Source: Bdellovibrionales bacterium
Lineage (GTDB): Bacteria; Bdellovibrionota; Bdellovibrionia; Bdellovibrionales; UBA1609
Length of the DNA stretch: 64,000 bases
Reading direction: 5' to 3'
Assembly (NCBI GenBank): GCA_965261545.1
Contig: CBDHDF010000010.1
Coordinates: 518,741 to 582,740, forward strand
Below, one piece after another: positions 35,853 to 45,173 of this stretch. A model generated the notes under the pieces. It saw only the letters and a program-made list of their open reading frames with translations, ran no database searches and had not been told where the DNA came from. The translations under genes were made by a program, and so were the position numbers. How positions within the stretch are numbered: the first letter of the stretch is position 1; every line of letters begins with the position of its first letter.

Positions 35853-36880
35853 TCCATGGGCTCCATGGGTTTTAGGCTTAAGTCTTCAAAAAGCTTTTGA
35901 TCTTTTGAAACTTCAGGATTGGGGGAAGTCAAAAGTCTTTCCCCTAGGAAAATAGAATTGGCCCCTGCATAAAAACAGAGAAGCTGCTCAGCAGATGTCA
36001 TGTTAATTCGCCCCGCACTGAGGCGAATCATGGAATTTGGCATATGCACCCTTGCCGTTGCAATGACCCGCACCACATCCAAAGTTTCCACAGGTTTTTG
36101 TTTGGCCAAAGGTGTGCCCTCGATGGCCACAAGAGTATTGATGGTGACACTTTCTGGTTGAGGGTTCATTTTTACCAGTTGGTGTAAGAAGTGAATGCGA
36201 TCTTTATGGGCTTCTCCCAGCCCAAGAATCCCACCCGTGCAAACAGTGATCCCTGCTTCACGCACATGGCTTAATGTTTTCAGACGATCTTGAAACTGAC
36301 GGGTCGAAATGACCTTCTCATAAAAATCTTCAGAGCAATCTATATTGTGGTTGTAGGCGTAAAGCCCGGCATCTTTAAGTTGTTGGGCTTGATGCTTTTT
36401 CAGCATACCTAAGGTGCAGCAAACTTCCATATCCATGGAACTTATACGTCGTACCATCTCTAAAACACGATTGAATTGAGGGCCGTCACGGACCTCTCTC
36501 CAAGCGGCTCCCATGCAAAACCGTGTCGCCCCTTCAGCTTTGGCCCTTTGGGCTTCAAAGATAACTTCATTCACTTCCATGAGGTCTTCTTTTTGAACCC
36601 CCGTTTTGTAATGGGCCGACTGGGGGCAATAGGCGCAATCTTCAGGACAGCCCCCTGTTTTAATAGAAAGCAAACGACTTGTTTGAATGGTCATGGGGTC
36701 GAAGCAAGACCTATGAATTCTATGAGCCTTTTCGATAAGCTCCACCATGGGAAGTCCATAGGTTTTTTGGATAGATTGAATAGATTGTATAGAAAAAGCA
36801 GACTGTATGTCGCCACTGGAAGAATCAGATTGAAGTTGAGTTTCAAGCTCCATAGAAGCGATAGGTTCCTCCAATATCAC
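35813..36880 (-). CDS. bioB: Biotin synthase (radical SAM).
   Basis: GGCPEDCAYCPQS (CxxxCxxC), YNHNID, and ..SIFLGERLLT at the C-terminal part. The N-terminus carries an SIQSIQSIQ repeat. Confidence 0.9.
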   Translation of the reverse strand: MILEEPIASMELETQLQSDSSSGDIQSAFSIQSIQSIQKTYGLPMVELIEKAHRIHRSCFDPMTIQTSRLLSIKTGGCPEDCAYCPQSAHYKTGVQKEDLMEVNEVIFEAQRAKAEGATRFCMGAAWREVRDGPQFNRVLEMVRRISSMDMEVCCTLGMLKKHQAQQLKDAGLYAYNHNIDCSEDFYEKVISTRQFQDRLKTLSHVREAGITVCTGGILGLGEAHKDRIHFLHQLVKMNPQPESVTINTLVAIEGTPLAKQKPVETLDVVRVIATARVHMPNSMIRLSAGRINMTSAEQLLCFYAGANSIFLGERLLTSPNPEVSKDQKLFEDLSLKPMEPMECLKTPSVESSLN

Positions 36881-37163
36881 TGAAAAAGCAAGGCTTGTTG
36901 CCTACTGTTAAGTTTGATGACAGGCGTCGGTTTTATATTCATTATTCTCTCAAGGAAGTTTTTAGAAGGTCTTTTATTTCAACAACTTACCAATCGCCTT
37001 CCCAGGCACTCTATTTGCTCCATAAAACATCAAGTTGTCGAAGCAAAGGTTAGGGGAAACCTTTGCAACTTGAATTTGTTGCAAAACGAACAATGAGCTG
37101 AATAGACTCTCATGTGGGAAGTCCCCGTTTCCATGATGGGTTACAAATCCTTAGGAGGCAAAA

Positions 37164-38045
37164 TTGAAACAAATATCTTCATTATTTATACTCTGGTTCT
37201 CATCCCTGTTTTTAATGGGGTGCTTTGGACAAAACAGCGAATTCGATAACAAGTCTGTTGAGATTGTTGAAAGTCAGAGCCTCCCATCCAATACGGATAC
37301 AAATACAGAGAGTACTCGCAACACGGATACAAATACAGGAAGTAATGACAATAAAGAAACCAGTAAAAATAATGAAAATAGCGAAAAGAGCGAAAATATT
37401 ATTTGTAATCCTTTTGCGGAATCGAAGAAGTGTTCCCCTACCCAGTCGTCGTCCCAGACAAATGGTCTTATTGGGTACATATACTATTTAAAGTCTCTTC
37501 ATGGCTCTTACTGGGGGCTTTATCATTCATCTCTCGACGATTATTTCGACTACGGTATCAAGGTTCCAAACCTTGTTCAAATGAGCCAAATCAATATTCC
37601 TGCGAGAGCTTTTCTGAAAGGTTTTAAAGTCGCCGATGGAAGTATTATTAAAGATAGGAATGGCAATAAATTGTATGAATGGTTCTCATTGCGTCTTTCA
37701 GGTTTTATCATGCCCAATCGTAGCTCAAAAGAAAGGAGCTATGAATTTTCTATGCTGTCTGATGATGGAATGAGAGTTGTTATTGATGGACAAGTTATTC
37801 TAGAAGATGATGGATTGCACGAACCTCGATGGAGCTGTACCTCTCAATCTTATGTATTTAAGCCTTTAGCGAAAAAAAATATTGAGATTCATTACTTTCA
37901 AGGCCCTCGGACACACATTGCTATGACACTCATGTATCGCGTGGCAGGCACAGGTCAAGGGTGCCCTTCTAGAGATGTCGTCGAGCCATCCCATGGGAAT
38001 TGGCAAGTCGTACCTTCAGATTTTTTTTATCCGAAGAAGCCCTAA
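37164..38045 (+). CDS. Lipoprotein with a PA14-like domain.
   Basis: Lipobox LFLMGC. Thr/Asn/Asp-rich repeat linker. YEFSMLSDDGMRVVIDGQVILEDDG and IEIHYFQG are typical of PA14. Confidence 0.6.
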   Translation: MKQISSLFILWFSSLFLMGCFGQNSEFDNKSVEIVESQSLPSNTDTNTESTRNTDTNTGSNDNKETSKNNENSEKSENIICNPFAESKKCSPTQSSSQTNGLIGYIYYLKSLHGSYWGLYHSSLDDYFDYGIKVPNLVQMSQINIPARAFLKGFKVADGSIIKDRNGNKLYEWFSLRLSGFIMPNRSSKERSYEFSMLSDDGMRVVIDGQVILEDDGLHEPRWSCTSQSYVFKPLAKKNIEIHYFQGPRTHIAMTLMYRVAGTGQGCPSRDVVEPSHGNWQVVPSDFFYPKKP

Positions 38046-38061
38046 AGTCAATCTTGGTCGC

Positions 38062-38793
38062 TCATTTTGCACACATCACCCAAGAACCTCCCACAACGGC
38101 GGCGGGCAATAAAAGAAGGGTTAGGCCAGGCACCAACAAAGAAAGGCTCAACATGGTCGCCATACCTGAAAACTCAGGGAGGTGATTTCTAAAATATTTA
38201 AATCTCTGGGCAAGGCCCATCTGTTGAGCTTCAAATGAATAATCCATAGAGTCAAAGGCCATAATAAGGGTCAAACCAAAAACTGCCAACACATTGACAA
38301 GAGGAATAAAAGAAAAAACAAACAAAATGATACCAATAAGGGCAAAGACAAAAGAACGCACCATAGAGACCATGAACATACGAAGACTGTTGGTCAACCA
38401 AGCACTCCCATAAGAAGAAGAACTTTTCAAAAGTCCATAGTGGACCAAAGTCTTTTCAGCCATGATGGCATTAAAGGGGGCGGCAATCACTGTGGATAAC
38501 AAAAAAGTCGCATACAAGAGCAAGCCCACAAATACCACCCAAAAGAAGAAGCCGAGCAGAGGTGAAAGAAGAGCATAGGCCCAACCACTGGAGTCACTAA
38601 AAATACGCTCTAGAGCCTGAGTTTTCCATGCAGACACCTTCTCTCGACCTACAGAAAAACCAAAGATCAGAATAAGCCCATCAATAACAAAGGGAATTAC
38701 GGCCCAAACCAAGAGACCTGGAATACCAAAGATCGCCTTGATTCCCTGAAAAACAAACGCCATTCCCCTGCTATAACGATAGAGTAAAGTCAT
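38062..38793 (-). CDS. EI24/CysZ-like integral membrane protein.
   Basis: 243 aa with 4-6 TM segments in an arrangement resembling the EI24 family. Motif-level call only. Confidence 0.4.
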   Translation of the reverse strand: MTLLYRYSRGMAFVFQGIKAIFGIPGLLVWAVIPFVIDGLILIFGFSVGREKVSAWKTQALERIFSDSSGWAYALLSPLLGFFFWVVFVGLLLYATFLLSTVIAAPFNAIMAEKTLVHYGLLKSSSSYGSAWLTNSLRMFMVSMVRSFVFALIGIILFVFSFIPLVNVLAVFGLTLIMAFDSMDYSFEAQQMGLAQRFKYFRNHLPEFSGMATMLSLSLLVPGLTLLLLPAAVVGGSWVMCAK

Positions 38794-38831
38794 ACACGCC
38801 TTTTATATAGAATTATAGTCATACATATTTT

Positions 38832-40031
38832 TTATTTTGTCTTTGTGCTTTGTTTAGTCTGCTTTAAGTAGGCCACAAACTTTCTCTCATGTTGCCCTAG
38901 AATGGTAAACAAGTTGGTAACCCAAGGGCTCTTCCCAATCTCCCAAATTCTCCCTTTCTTAAGGTTTTGAAGGCAACTTAGAACCCTTTGCACCATTTTT
39001 GTCTGAACAATTAAATGCTTGCGAATCTGTTGTTGAGAAAGATTTTCTGATGGCTTTTTATTGGCCTCTTCCCACAAGCCATCATAAACTTCAATGAGAT
39101 GGTGCAAAGCCCTGTTGGACCATATTTTACTGTCAAACTCCACAGCCCTTAGAAGATAGAGTTGCTGGTGATCTAAGGCACCCACAGACCTTTTGCTTGG
39201 TCGCCTTCCTTGAAAAAATAAAGCCCTTTGATTGACCTTTCCCATGAGAAACAAAGTTTTTGCAAAGAGTTCCTTTTGTTTATAGGGGTCGGTCTTTTTG
39301 TTTCTCAAGGAGCGAAGTCCCTCTTCAGCCTTACTAAAGAAATGACGAGCCATCTTTTTATTACCAAGCCTTAGGTAAGCCGCTCCAAGGCGCGCTGGAA
39401 TCTCAGCCTTTCCGACTTCTTTGGGAAAGAACTCCACCTTCTGAAGGGCACCCATAAGGCTGGTCACCACTCTCTCATCTTTTCTTAAACACTCATAGGC
39501 ATAGCTCAATCTCAAAAGAGACTGAACTTCAATCTTAGATAATTCCTTCCGGCGAGAGACTTGAACTGCTTTTTTAAAGTAGCGAGCGGCTGTCTTACAT
39601 TTTGCCAAACCCTCATAAGCACTTCCCACATTGTAGAGAGCCAGCAGTTCGAGTTGAGAGTCAGGGTGCTTTGCAAGAAGAGAGCGAAAGGCTTTCACAG
39701 CCTTTTTGTACTCTTCCTTATCCATATGCTTTAAGCCCTTCTGAAACTTCTGTAAGGCCGCCTCACCGGGTAAGAAAGCTTGATGATTCACCTTTCCTCC
39801 ATGGGGAGAACCATTTTCTTTTCCTATATTTTTTCCAAGATTTGTTCCTATATATTTGCCCATGTAAGAGCAACCCAAGCAAAAATAAGTGACTGCAATA
39901 AGCCCCACCAAACCCATCCAAATCTTGACTATGGAAAAGAATCTCATTTTTCTGAACAGGACTTTTATTTTTCTACATAGGACTTTCTTTTTTCTAAACA
40001 AAATTTTCATTTCTTTGAACAGGACTTTCAT
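38832..40031 (-). CDS. TPR-like lipoprotein. The 5' end consists of in-frame 21-bp repeats.
   Basis: Possible lipobox FCLGCS after MRFFSIVKIWMGLVGLIAV. Helical repeat pairs (AYEGLAKCKTAARYFKKA, AYLRLGNKKMARHFFSKA). The true start may be the fourth ATG (about 39947). Confidence 0.5.
   Translation of the reverse strand: MKVLFKEMKILFRKKKVLCRKIKVLFRKMRFFSIVKIWMGLVGLIAVTYFCLGCSYMGKYIGTNLGKNIGKENGSPHGGKVNHQAFLPGEAALQKFQKGLKHMDKEEYKKAVKAFRSLLAKHPDSQLELLALYNVGSAYEGLAKCKTAARYFKKAVQVSRRKELSKIEVQSLLRLSYAYECLRKDERVVTSLMGALQKVEFFPKEVGKAEIPARLGAAYLRLGNKKMARHFFSKAEEGLRSLRNKKTDPYKQKELFAKTLFLMGKVNQRALFFQGRRPSKRSVGALDHQQLYLLRAVEFDSKIWSNRALHHLIEVYDGLWEEANKKPSENLSQQQIRKHLIVQTKMVQRVLSCLQNLKKGRIWEIGKSPWVTNLFTILGQHERKFVAYLKQTKQSTKTK
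39945..40028. repeat. 21-bp x4 repeat forming the 5' end of the TPR-like gene.
   Basis: Units at 39945, 39966, 39987 and 40008 (plus strand). Units 1 and 4 carry in-frame ATG codons; units 2 and 3 are degenerate copies without ATG. Together they give MKVLFKE MKILFRK KKVLCRK IKVLFRK M.. Confidence 0.85.
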
Positions 40032-40073
40032 TTCTTCTCCCCTCTTTTTGATGTGAGCTATTTTCGATATGAG

Positions 40074-41219
40074 CTACCTCTTCCAACTCTTGTAAAGAAT
40101 TTGTCCAAACTCCTCCAAACTCTTTTGTCCCACCACTCCTCCCCTCAATTCAGGAACCATCACAAAATCAGACCCCTCCCCAAGAGAAGTCTGAATTTGC
40201 TGGAGGGAAGAAATCTTTTCTCTGTACTCCAAAGAGAGACCACGACATAGGTCTGTCAACCGAGGATCCGAAAACTCCATCTCTTTTCCTTCAAATTCTT
40301 CAAACCCCTCCCCCTCCATCCACGATGGATAGCAGCGATTCACAATCACCCCGTAAAGCCCTTGCCCTCTTTTCTTAAGTTCATGGGCCAAATAGCTCAC
40401 CTCCTTATTTTTACTCTTATTTCCACTGGCGACAAGAAGAACTCTCGTGCTTTCACGACCAAGAATCTCTTCAAATCGACAACTGCTATGGACAATGGCC
40501 TGTTGGAGGTCCTGAGCACTGATAAAAAACTCTCTGAGTTCATCCACAAAATCAGGCCCTGTCACAAGCTCCATGGCTTTAAGAACTTGAAGAGTTCCCC
40601 GGTGAACAACCTTTCTAAAAAGACCCTGCTTCTCCGCCGGCTGGAGAAACCACTTAGAAACAGAGTCATCAAAAAGGGCTCGAAGTTTTCCAGGAGCTTC
40701 TAAGAAATTCACGGCATGTTGTGTGGGAGGGGTGTCTAAAACAATGAGGTCATATTGACCCGAGCCATGGAACTCAAGGAGCCTTTCCAGAGAAGAAAAC
40801 TCCTGGGACCCACTTAAAGTTGTGGAAAGCTGTTGAAATAATTTGTTGTTAAGCAGCCTCCCCGCCAGGTGGGCATCGGGGATCGAGCGCCTCACAAAGG
40901 AGCGAAAGGATTCTTCGGGATTGAGAAGATAGGCAAAAAGAGAACCTTCCCCCATAGTCGTGCTGGTGCCCACAGAGACCACGCCCGGACCTTGGGCTGC
41001 GGAGCTTAACCCCAAACTTGTGGCAAGCCGAAGAGATGGGTCAATGGTCATGACAAGAACTCTTCGCCCTTGTTGGGCCGCCCTCATACCTAGGGAAGCT
41101 GCAAGGGTTGTCTTTCCCACTCCTCCACTGCCCATAACAAGAATAATTTTTGATTTTTCAAGAAGTTCATTCACTCTGCATCTACTTTCCATAGGTCTTA
41201 TGGGACCAACGAAGACCAC
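40074..41219 (-). CDS. ArsA/GET3-family ATPase.
   Basis: P-loop VMGSGGVGKTT, DTPPT switch motif. Confidence 0.75.
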   Translation of the reverse strand: MVFVGPIRPMESRCRVNELLEKSKIILVMGSGGVGKTTLAASLGMRAAQQGRRVLVMTIDPSLRLATSLGLSSAAQGPGVVSVGTSTTMGEGSLFAYLLNPEESFRSFVRRSIPDAHLAGRLLNNKLFQQLSTTLSGSQEFSSLERLLEFHGSGQYDLIVLDTPPTQHAVNFLEAPGKLRALFDDSVSKWFLQPAEKQGLFRKVVHRGTLQVLKAMELVTGPDFVDELREFFISAQDLQQAIVHSSCRFEEILGRESTRVLLVASGNKSKNKEVSYLAHELKKRGQGLYGVIVNRCYPSWMEGEGFEEFEGKEMEFSDPRLTDLCRGLSLEYREKISSLQQIQTSLGEGSDFVMVPELRGGVVGQKSLEEFGQILYKSWKR

Positions 41220-42106
41220 CGAATTTTACCCACAAGATCGTCCACTCTCTGTCGACCACTTTCTCCAAAACCCATGGGAGACACAATCACCTTCAAGCCT
41301 TCAGCCTCAAACTTTTTCAAGGCTTCTTTCTTGTAGGAAAGATGGGCCCGAACATCACCTAAAAATTCTCTTTGCCTCATAGAAAGAGATTCTTTCTCCA
41401 AAGAAACCACAGTACTCCCTACAGCGTTCTCCACATTGGGGTAAACACGATTGAGAACCACCGTGGGCTCAAGGTTGTGCTCTTTTCGCAACTGCTGACA
41501 GGTTTCTAGGGCTTCAACTACAGGCATCTCCTCCACTGTTGAAACCATATAAAGAGAAAAAATAGCTGGATTGAAGACCACATTTAAAATAGAACGACTC
41601 TCACGCCCCGCAGCTCCCTTGGAAACCACATAGCCTATACCCTTGGGAGCCATGAGAAGGGCCCGGCAATGCCCTGTGGAATAGGCATCAACAACCATCT
41701 CATCATAATCCATGGGAGGACCTATGCCCCGTGGCCCACTGGTGATTTTTCCCAAAATAGCAAGCTCACTTAAAGCGGGTGCGGCTCTTATTAAAGCCCC
41801 CATCACCTTGCTCTCAAAAAACAAGTCCACCAACTTGGAAACCTTTAAATAATAGGCCAAAAATTCTTTTAAACAATCCACCCCCGTCCACCGACTTACA
41901 TGCAAATTAGGCAAAACCTCACGGGCCTCAAAGCCTATCGGTGCATTTGTAGGTGCATTAAAAAGTTGGGAGAACTCACTCACCAAACCCAGTTCGACCA
42001 AGAGAACTCGCTTTCCTGCCTTGGCCAAGTCCATAGCAAGCACAGCCGCCATGGTCGATTTACCAACTCCCCCCTTACCTGTAATTAAATGAATTCTCTG
42101 GCCCAC
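41198..42106 (-). CDS. ArsA/GET3-family ATPase.
   Basis: P-loop ITGKGGVGKST, VVDAYSTGH. Overlaps the downstream paralog by 22 nt. Confidence 0.75.
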   Translation of the reverse strand: MGQRIHLITGKGGVGKSTMAAVLAMDLAKAGKRVLLVELGLVSEFSQLFNAPTNAPIGFEAREVLPNLHVSRWTGVDCLKEFLAYYLKVSKLVDLFFESKVMGALIRAAPALSELAILGKITSGPRGIGPPMDYDEMVVDAYSTGHCRALLMAPKGIGYVVSKGAAGRESRSILNVVFNPAIFSLYMVSTVEEMPVVEALETCQQLRKEHNLEPTVVLNRVYPNVENAVGSTVVSLEKESLSMRQREFLGDVRAHLSYKKEALKKFEAEGLKVIVSPMGFGESGRQRVDDLVGKIRWSSLVP

Positions 42107-42450
42107 TCTTGATTCCTATTCTACAGATCACAGTCCAAACCCAACCCACCTCATCTTTTCTCCAAGTTCACTCTGTGTCAACTCTCACCCCGCAATGGTT
42201 CAATGAGCAACTTGAGAGTCCGCAGTTTTTTGTCCATAATGCCTAAATTATCTAAATACTTGTACTTGTCCTTGATCCGTGGAAGTTGATGGGCTATAAA
42301 CCAGCCACAGTTTGCTTAAAACACTTTCTACTTCTTTGGAAGGACTTCATTTGAGACATCGTTAATATAAATTTAATATTTAATATTTAATATTTAATAT
42401 AAAAATATAAATCTAATATAAAAAAAATTTCATGAGTATAAGGAGAATCT

Positions 42451-44328
42451 ATGTCGCATCGCGCCTTGATCCAAGGTTTCTCATTTATAGCACTGGCCCT
42501 TATAATTATTTTTATAGACACACATTCTCCAGCGAGTTCATGGACCCACTCTCTCCAACAAGCCCGTCGATACCATATCGTTCGAGATGACTCTTCTTTC
42601 AACTATACGCAGACAGTTCTTCCCACCACGAAAGGACAGTTTAAACTCATTGGCCCTGATAAAGGACGTCTCTCATTAATGACAAAATTGCAAATGATCC
42701 GTAGAGCTAAATACACCCTTGATATAGGCTACTATATTTTAAAGAGAGATATCTCTGCTTATTCTTTATTGCACGAAGTTTGTAAAGCCATAGAAAGAGG
42801 TGTAGATGTCCGCATTCTCATCGACTCCCTAGGGTCCATTCATCATTTCCACGGCGAATTAAAAGCCCTTTCTTACTGCCCAAGAGGACTTATGCTGGAT
42901 GAAAGCGGTCGACACAATCGAGAAAATATCCGCTCCAAAGTGCAATCTGTAGTTTTTAATTCTCTCTTTCACCCTATTGGTGATCTTCTAGACTTAATCC
43001 GAGGACTTGGCCGTGTCATCAAAAACATCGCCCAACAAAAGACAAACAATAGACCCTTTAAAAATTGGGCAAACCGCCGTATGCATGATAAAATCATTCT
43101 CATTGATGGTCGTATTCCTGAGTTTGCCATGGGCCTTATCGGTGGTAGAAATATATCTATTAATTATTATAATATTGACAAAGAAGGCCGGGCCCAAAAT
43201 GAAACCTATCAAGATATAGAGATTCTTTTTAAAAATGCTGAACGAGGAACTGTTGACAACCATCAACAGCTTGGTGCCATTGTTTCTGATTACTTCGATA
43301 TACTGTTTACACATATAGGCAACAAAAAATTAGTTCTAAACATCCCTCTTTTCACTGGGCGTCATCTTAACATCATGAAATCCAAGCACCATCAACTTCT
43401 CAACGCCCCCGGAGGAAGAAAGACTTACAATGAAGCTTATGAATTTCTTGATTCAAACTTCATTGAAGCTGAAGGTCGATGGCTCCATGAAACCTACAAC
43501 TTATTTAAAAGGAGACATCTTGCCAGAGCCTTAGATGATGCTTCAGATTCAAAAGATACGCTGCCTTATGTTGCCGAGCAAGAAAATGCTTCATCCAATT
43601 CGATTTATCACTTTATGAGAAATGCTATGCTCACTTCGCAGAAGCGTCTTGTTATTATCTCTCCTTATTTATTTTTTAACAAACAAATCAATGCCAATAT
43701 GCCTTTTTTTGATCACGTAAATGAGTATGCCCTCATTCAAGAATGGTTGGGTGGAGACTCCGAAAGAGTCGTGGAGATTATCACAAATTCTGTACTCACA
43801 AGCGATAATTTCTTCGCTCAAGCCATCATCGATCAGGAGGTCTTTCCCCAGCTAATGACATTTCAAGAAGAAAACTTCTCCCTCATCCCTGAATTTCGTG
43901 AGCTTGCACCCAAGATAATGTCCCAGGACGAATGGAATCAAATTATTGATGAAGGTCGAATTCAAATTTGGGAATACGGTCAAATGGATAGTGTTCAACT
44001 GGGGGGTGACCTCGCCTATGGAAAACTTCATATAAAAACCTCAGTGATAGACAGTGACACTATAATGATTACAACATCTAATCTGGATTTTCGCTCAAGG
44101 CATTACAATACGGAATCTGGCCTTGCCATATTTAATCCCCAACTGGTCGCCCAATTTGAGAAGGACATCGAAGAACTCAAATCTCATTCACTGCTTTGGG
44201 GAAGCCCTGAGTGGAAACAAGTGCGAAAAGAAGTCGCCCAGAAAGGCGGGATAAGAAGTCTTTCAGTAAAGCACCAAAAGGCCATTTATCAGTTACTTTC
44301 TGCATCTGGCCTTCGTTGGCTTTTCTGA
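42451..44328 (+). CDS. Phospholipase D-family protein with two HKD motifs.
   Basis: MHDKIILIDG and LHIKTSVIDSDTIMITTSN. N-terminal TM/signal. Confidence 0.8.
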   Translation: MSHRALIQGFSFIALALIIIFIDTHSPASSWTHSLQQARRYHIVRDDSSFNYTQTVLPTTKGQFKLIGPDKGRLSLMTKLQMIRRAKYTLDIGYYILKRDISAYSLLHEVCKAIERGVDVRILIDSLGSIHHFHGELKALSYCPRGLMLDESGRHNRENIRSKVQSVVFNSLFHPIGDLLDLIRGLGRVIKNIAQQKTNNRPFKNWANRRMHDKIILIDGRIPEFAMGLIGGRNISINYYNIDKEGRAQNETYQDIEILFKNAERGTVDNHQQLGAIVSDYFDILFTHIGNKKLVLNIPLFTGRHLNIMKSKHHQLLNAPGGRKTYNEAYEFLDSNFIEAEGRWLHETYNLFKRRHLARALDDASDSKDTLPYVAEQENASSNSIYHFMRNAMLTSQKRLVIISPYLFFNKQINANMPFFDHVNEYALIQEWLGGDSERVVEIITNSVLTSDNFFAQAIIDQEVFPQLMTFQEENFSLIPEFRELAPKIMSQDEWNQIIDEGRIQIWEYGQMDSVQLGGDLAYGKLHIKTSVIDSDTIMITTSNLDFRSRHYNTESGLAIFNPQLVAQFEKDIEELKSHSLLWGSPEWKQVRKEVAQKGGIRSLSVKHQKAIYQLLSASGLRWLF

Positions 44329-44338
44329 AAAGCTTCTA

Positions 44339-44378
44339 GGGGAATTTTGGGGAATCTTGGAGAATCTTAGGGAATCTT
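44339..44378. repeat. 10-bp x4 repeat spanning the stop of the DUF547 gene.
   Basis: ggggaatttt ggggaatctt ggagaatctt agggaatctt. The last units encode the C-terminal ..KIP and the stop on the minus strand. Confidence 0.85.
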
Positions 44379-45173
44379 GTTGAGACTCCAATTGTATGCA
44401 CTGTAACTGATGGAGAGTTTCCCACCATAGAGTTTGGCTTTGATAGCAGGGTCATCTGTAATGTACTTAGAGACAAACCTCTGAACTGTTTGCTCTCCCT
44501 TTGTAAAATCCTCTTTAAACCACTTAAAAATTTTAGAAATTTTAAGGGTACCACCTTGGATGTGATTGCGAGAAGTATCTCGGAGAAAACTTTTGGTTTG
44601 CTTTTCCAATTGCTTTTCCAACTTGTTTTCCGTGAAAGCTTCATTGAGAAGAGCTGGGCATCCAATAGAGGCACAATTCACGGCAAAATGAGTTCGTGGC
44701 TCATTGAATTTTACTCGTAGTATCTTGTGTTCTATTTCATCGAGATGGCGTTTTTCTCCAAGAAGAGTAAAAAACTTTTTTTCCCATGGAGTTCTCAAGG
44801 GAAAGAACGTGCCCAAATCTTTAATGGAATCTAAAGGATAGTTATCAATAATAAGTTTCACAGTGTAAGCGTTGTAGGCATTGACCCAAAAGACATACTT
44901 TTGCCTTTGATTCCAGGAGTTAAATTTCTTTTTGTCAATGGCCTCAAGTTTTCTGAGATAAGTCTGAAGTTTTCCAGAGTCTCGCTTTAAACCTACATAA
45001 TTCACCTGGCTGACAGGACCTCTCACCGTGACATACTTTCTTAGAACTTCTGTCCAAAGACTATGGGAGTGATCAAAGTCCATGGATGAATCTCGTGCCC
45101 CTTGGGACCAAACAAGGGATGCCATAAGAAAAACCGAGCTTCCCAAAATTCCTATACTTCCCATACTAAGCAC
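44367..45173 (-). CDS. DUF547 domain protein.
   Basis: FWVNAYNAYTVKLIIDNYPLDSIKD, LDEIEHKILR, PRTHFAVNCASIGCPAL. Confidence 0.7.
   Translation of the reverse strand: MLSMGSIGILGSSVFLMASLVWSQGARDSSMDFDHSHSLWTEVLRKYVTVRGPVSQVNYVGLKRDSGKLQTYLRKLEAIDKKKFNSWNQRQKYVFWVNAYNAYTVKLIIDNYPLDSIKDLGTFFPLRTPWEKKFFTLLGEKRHLDEIEHKILRVKFNEPRTHFAVNCASIGCPALLNEAFTENKLEKQLEKQTKSFLRDTSRNHIQGGTLKISKIFKWFKEDFTKGEQTVQRFVSKYITDDPAIKAKLYGGKLSISYSAYNWSLNKIP

Noticed and set aside
37043-37085. Two overlapping palindromes upstream of bioB (gcaaaggtt-agggga-aacctttgc, and ttgcaac-N8-gttgcaa) considered as a BirA operator or terminator.
   Set aside because: They do not resemble the TGTAAACC-N14/15-GGTTTACA type BirA boxes I know, and no T-run follows either stem. 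They could still be a regulator site, but the sequence alone does not support that.
42217-42229. The 13-mer agtccgcagtttt is shared upstream of the ArsA operon (42217-42229) and of the small Cys-rich gene (62365-62377), a possible common regulatory box.
   Set aside because: By my rough estimate, some tens of exact 13-mer coincidences are expected by chance in 64 kb on both strands. The distances to the start codons differ (about 111 vs 39 nt), and there is no palindromic or known sigma-factor pattern.
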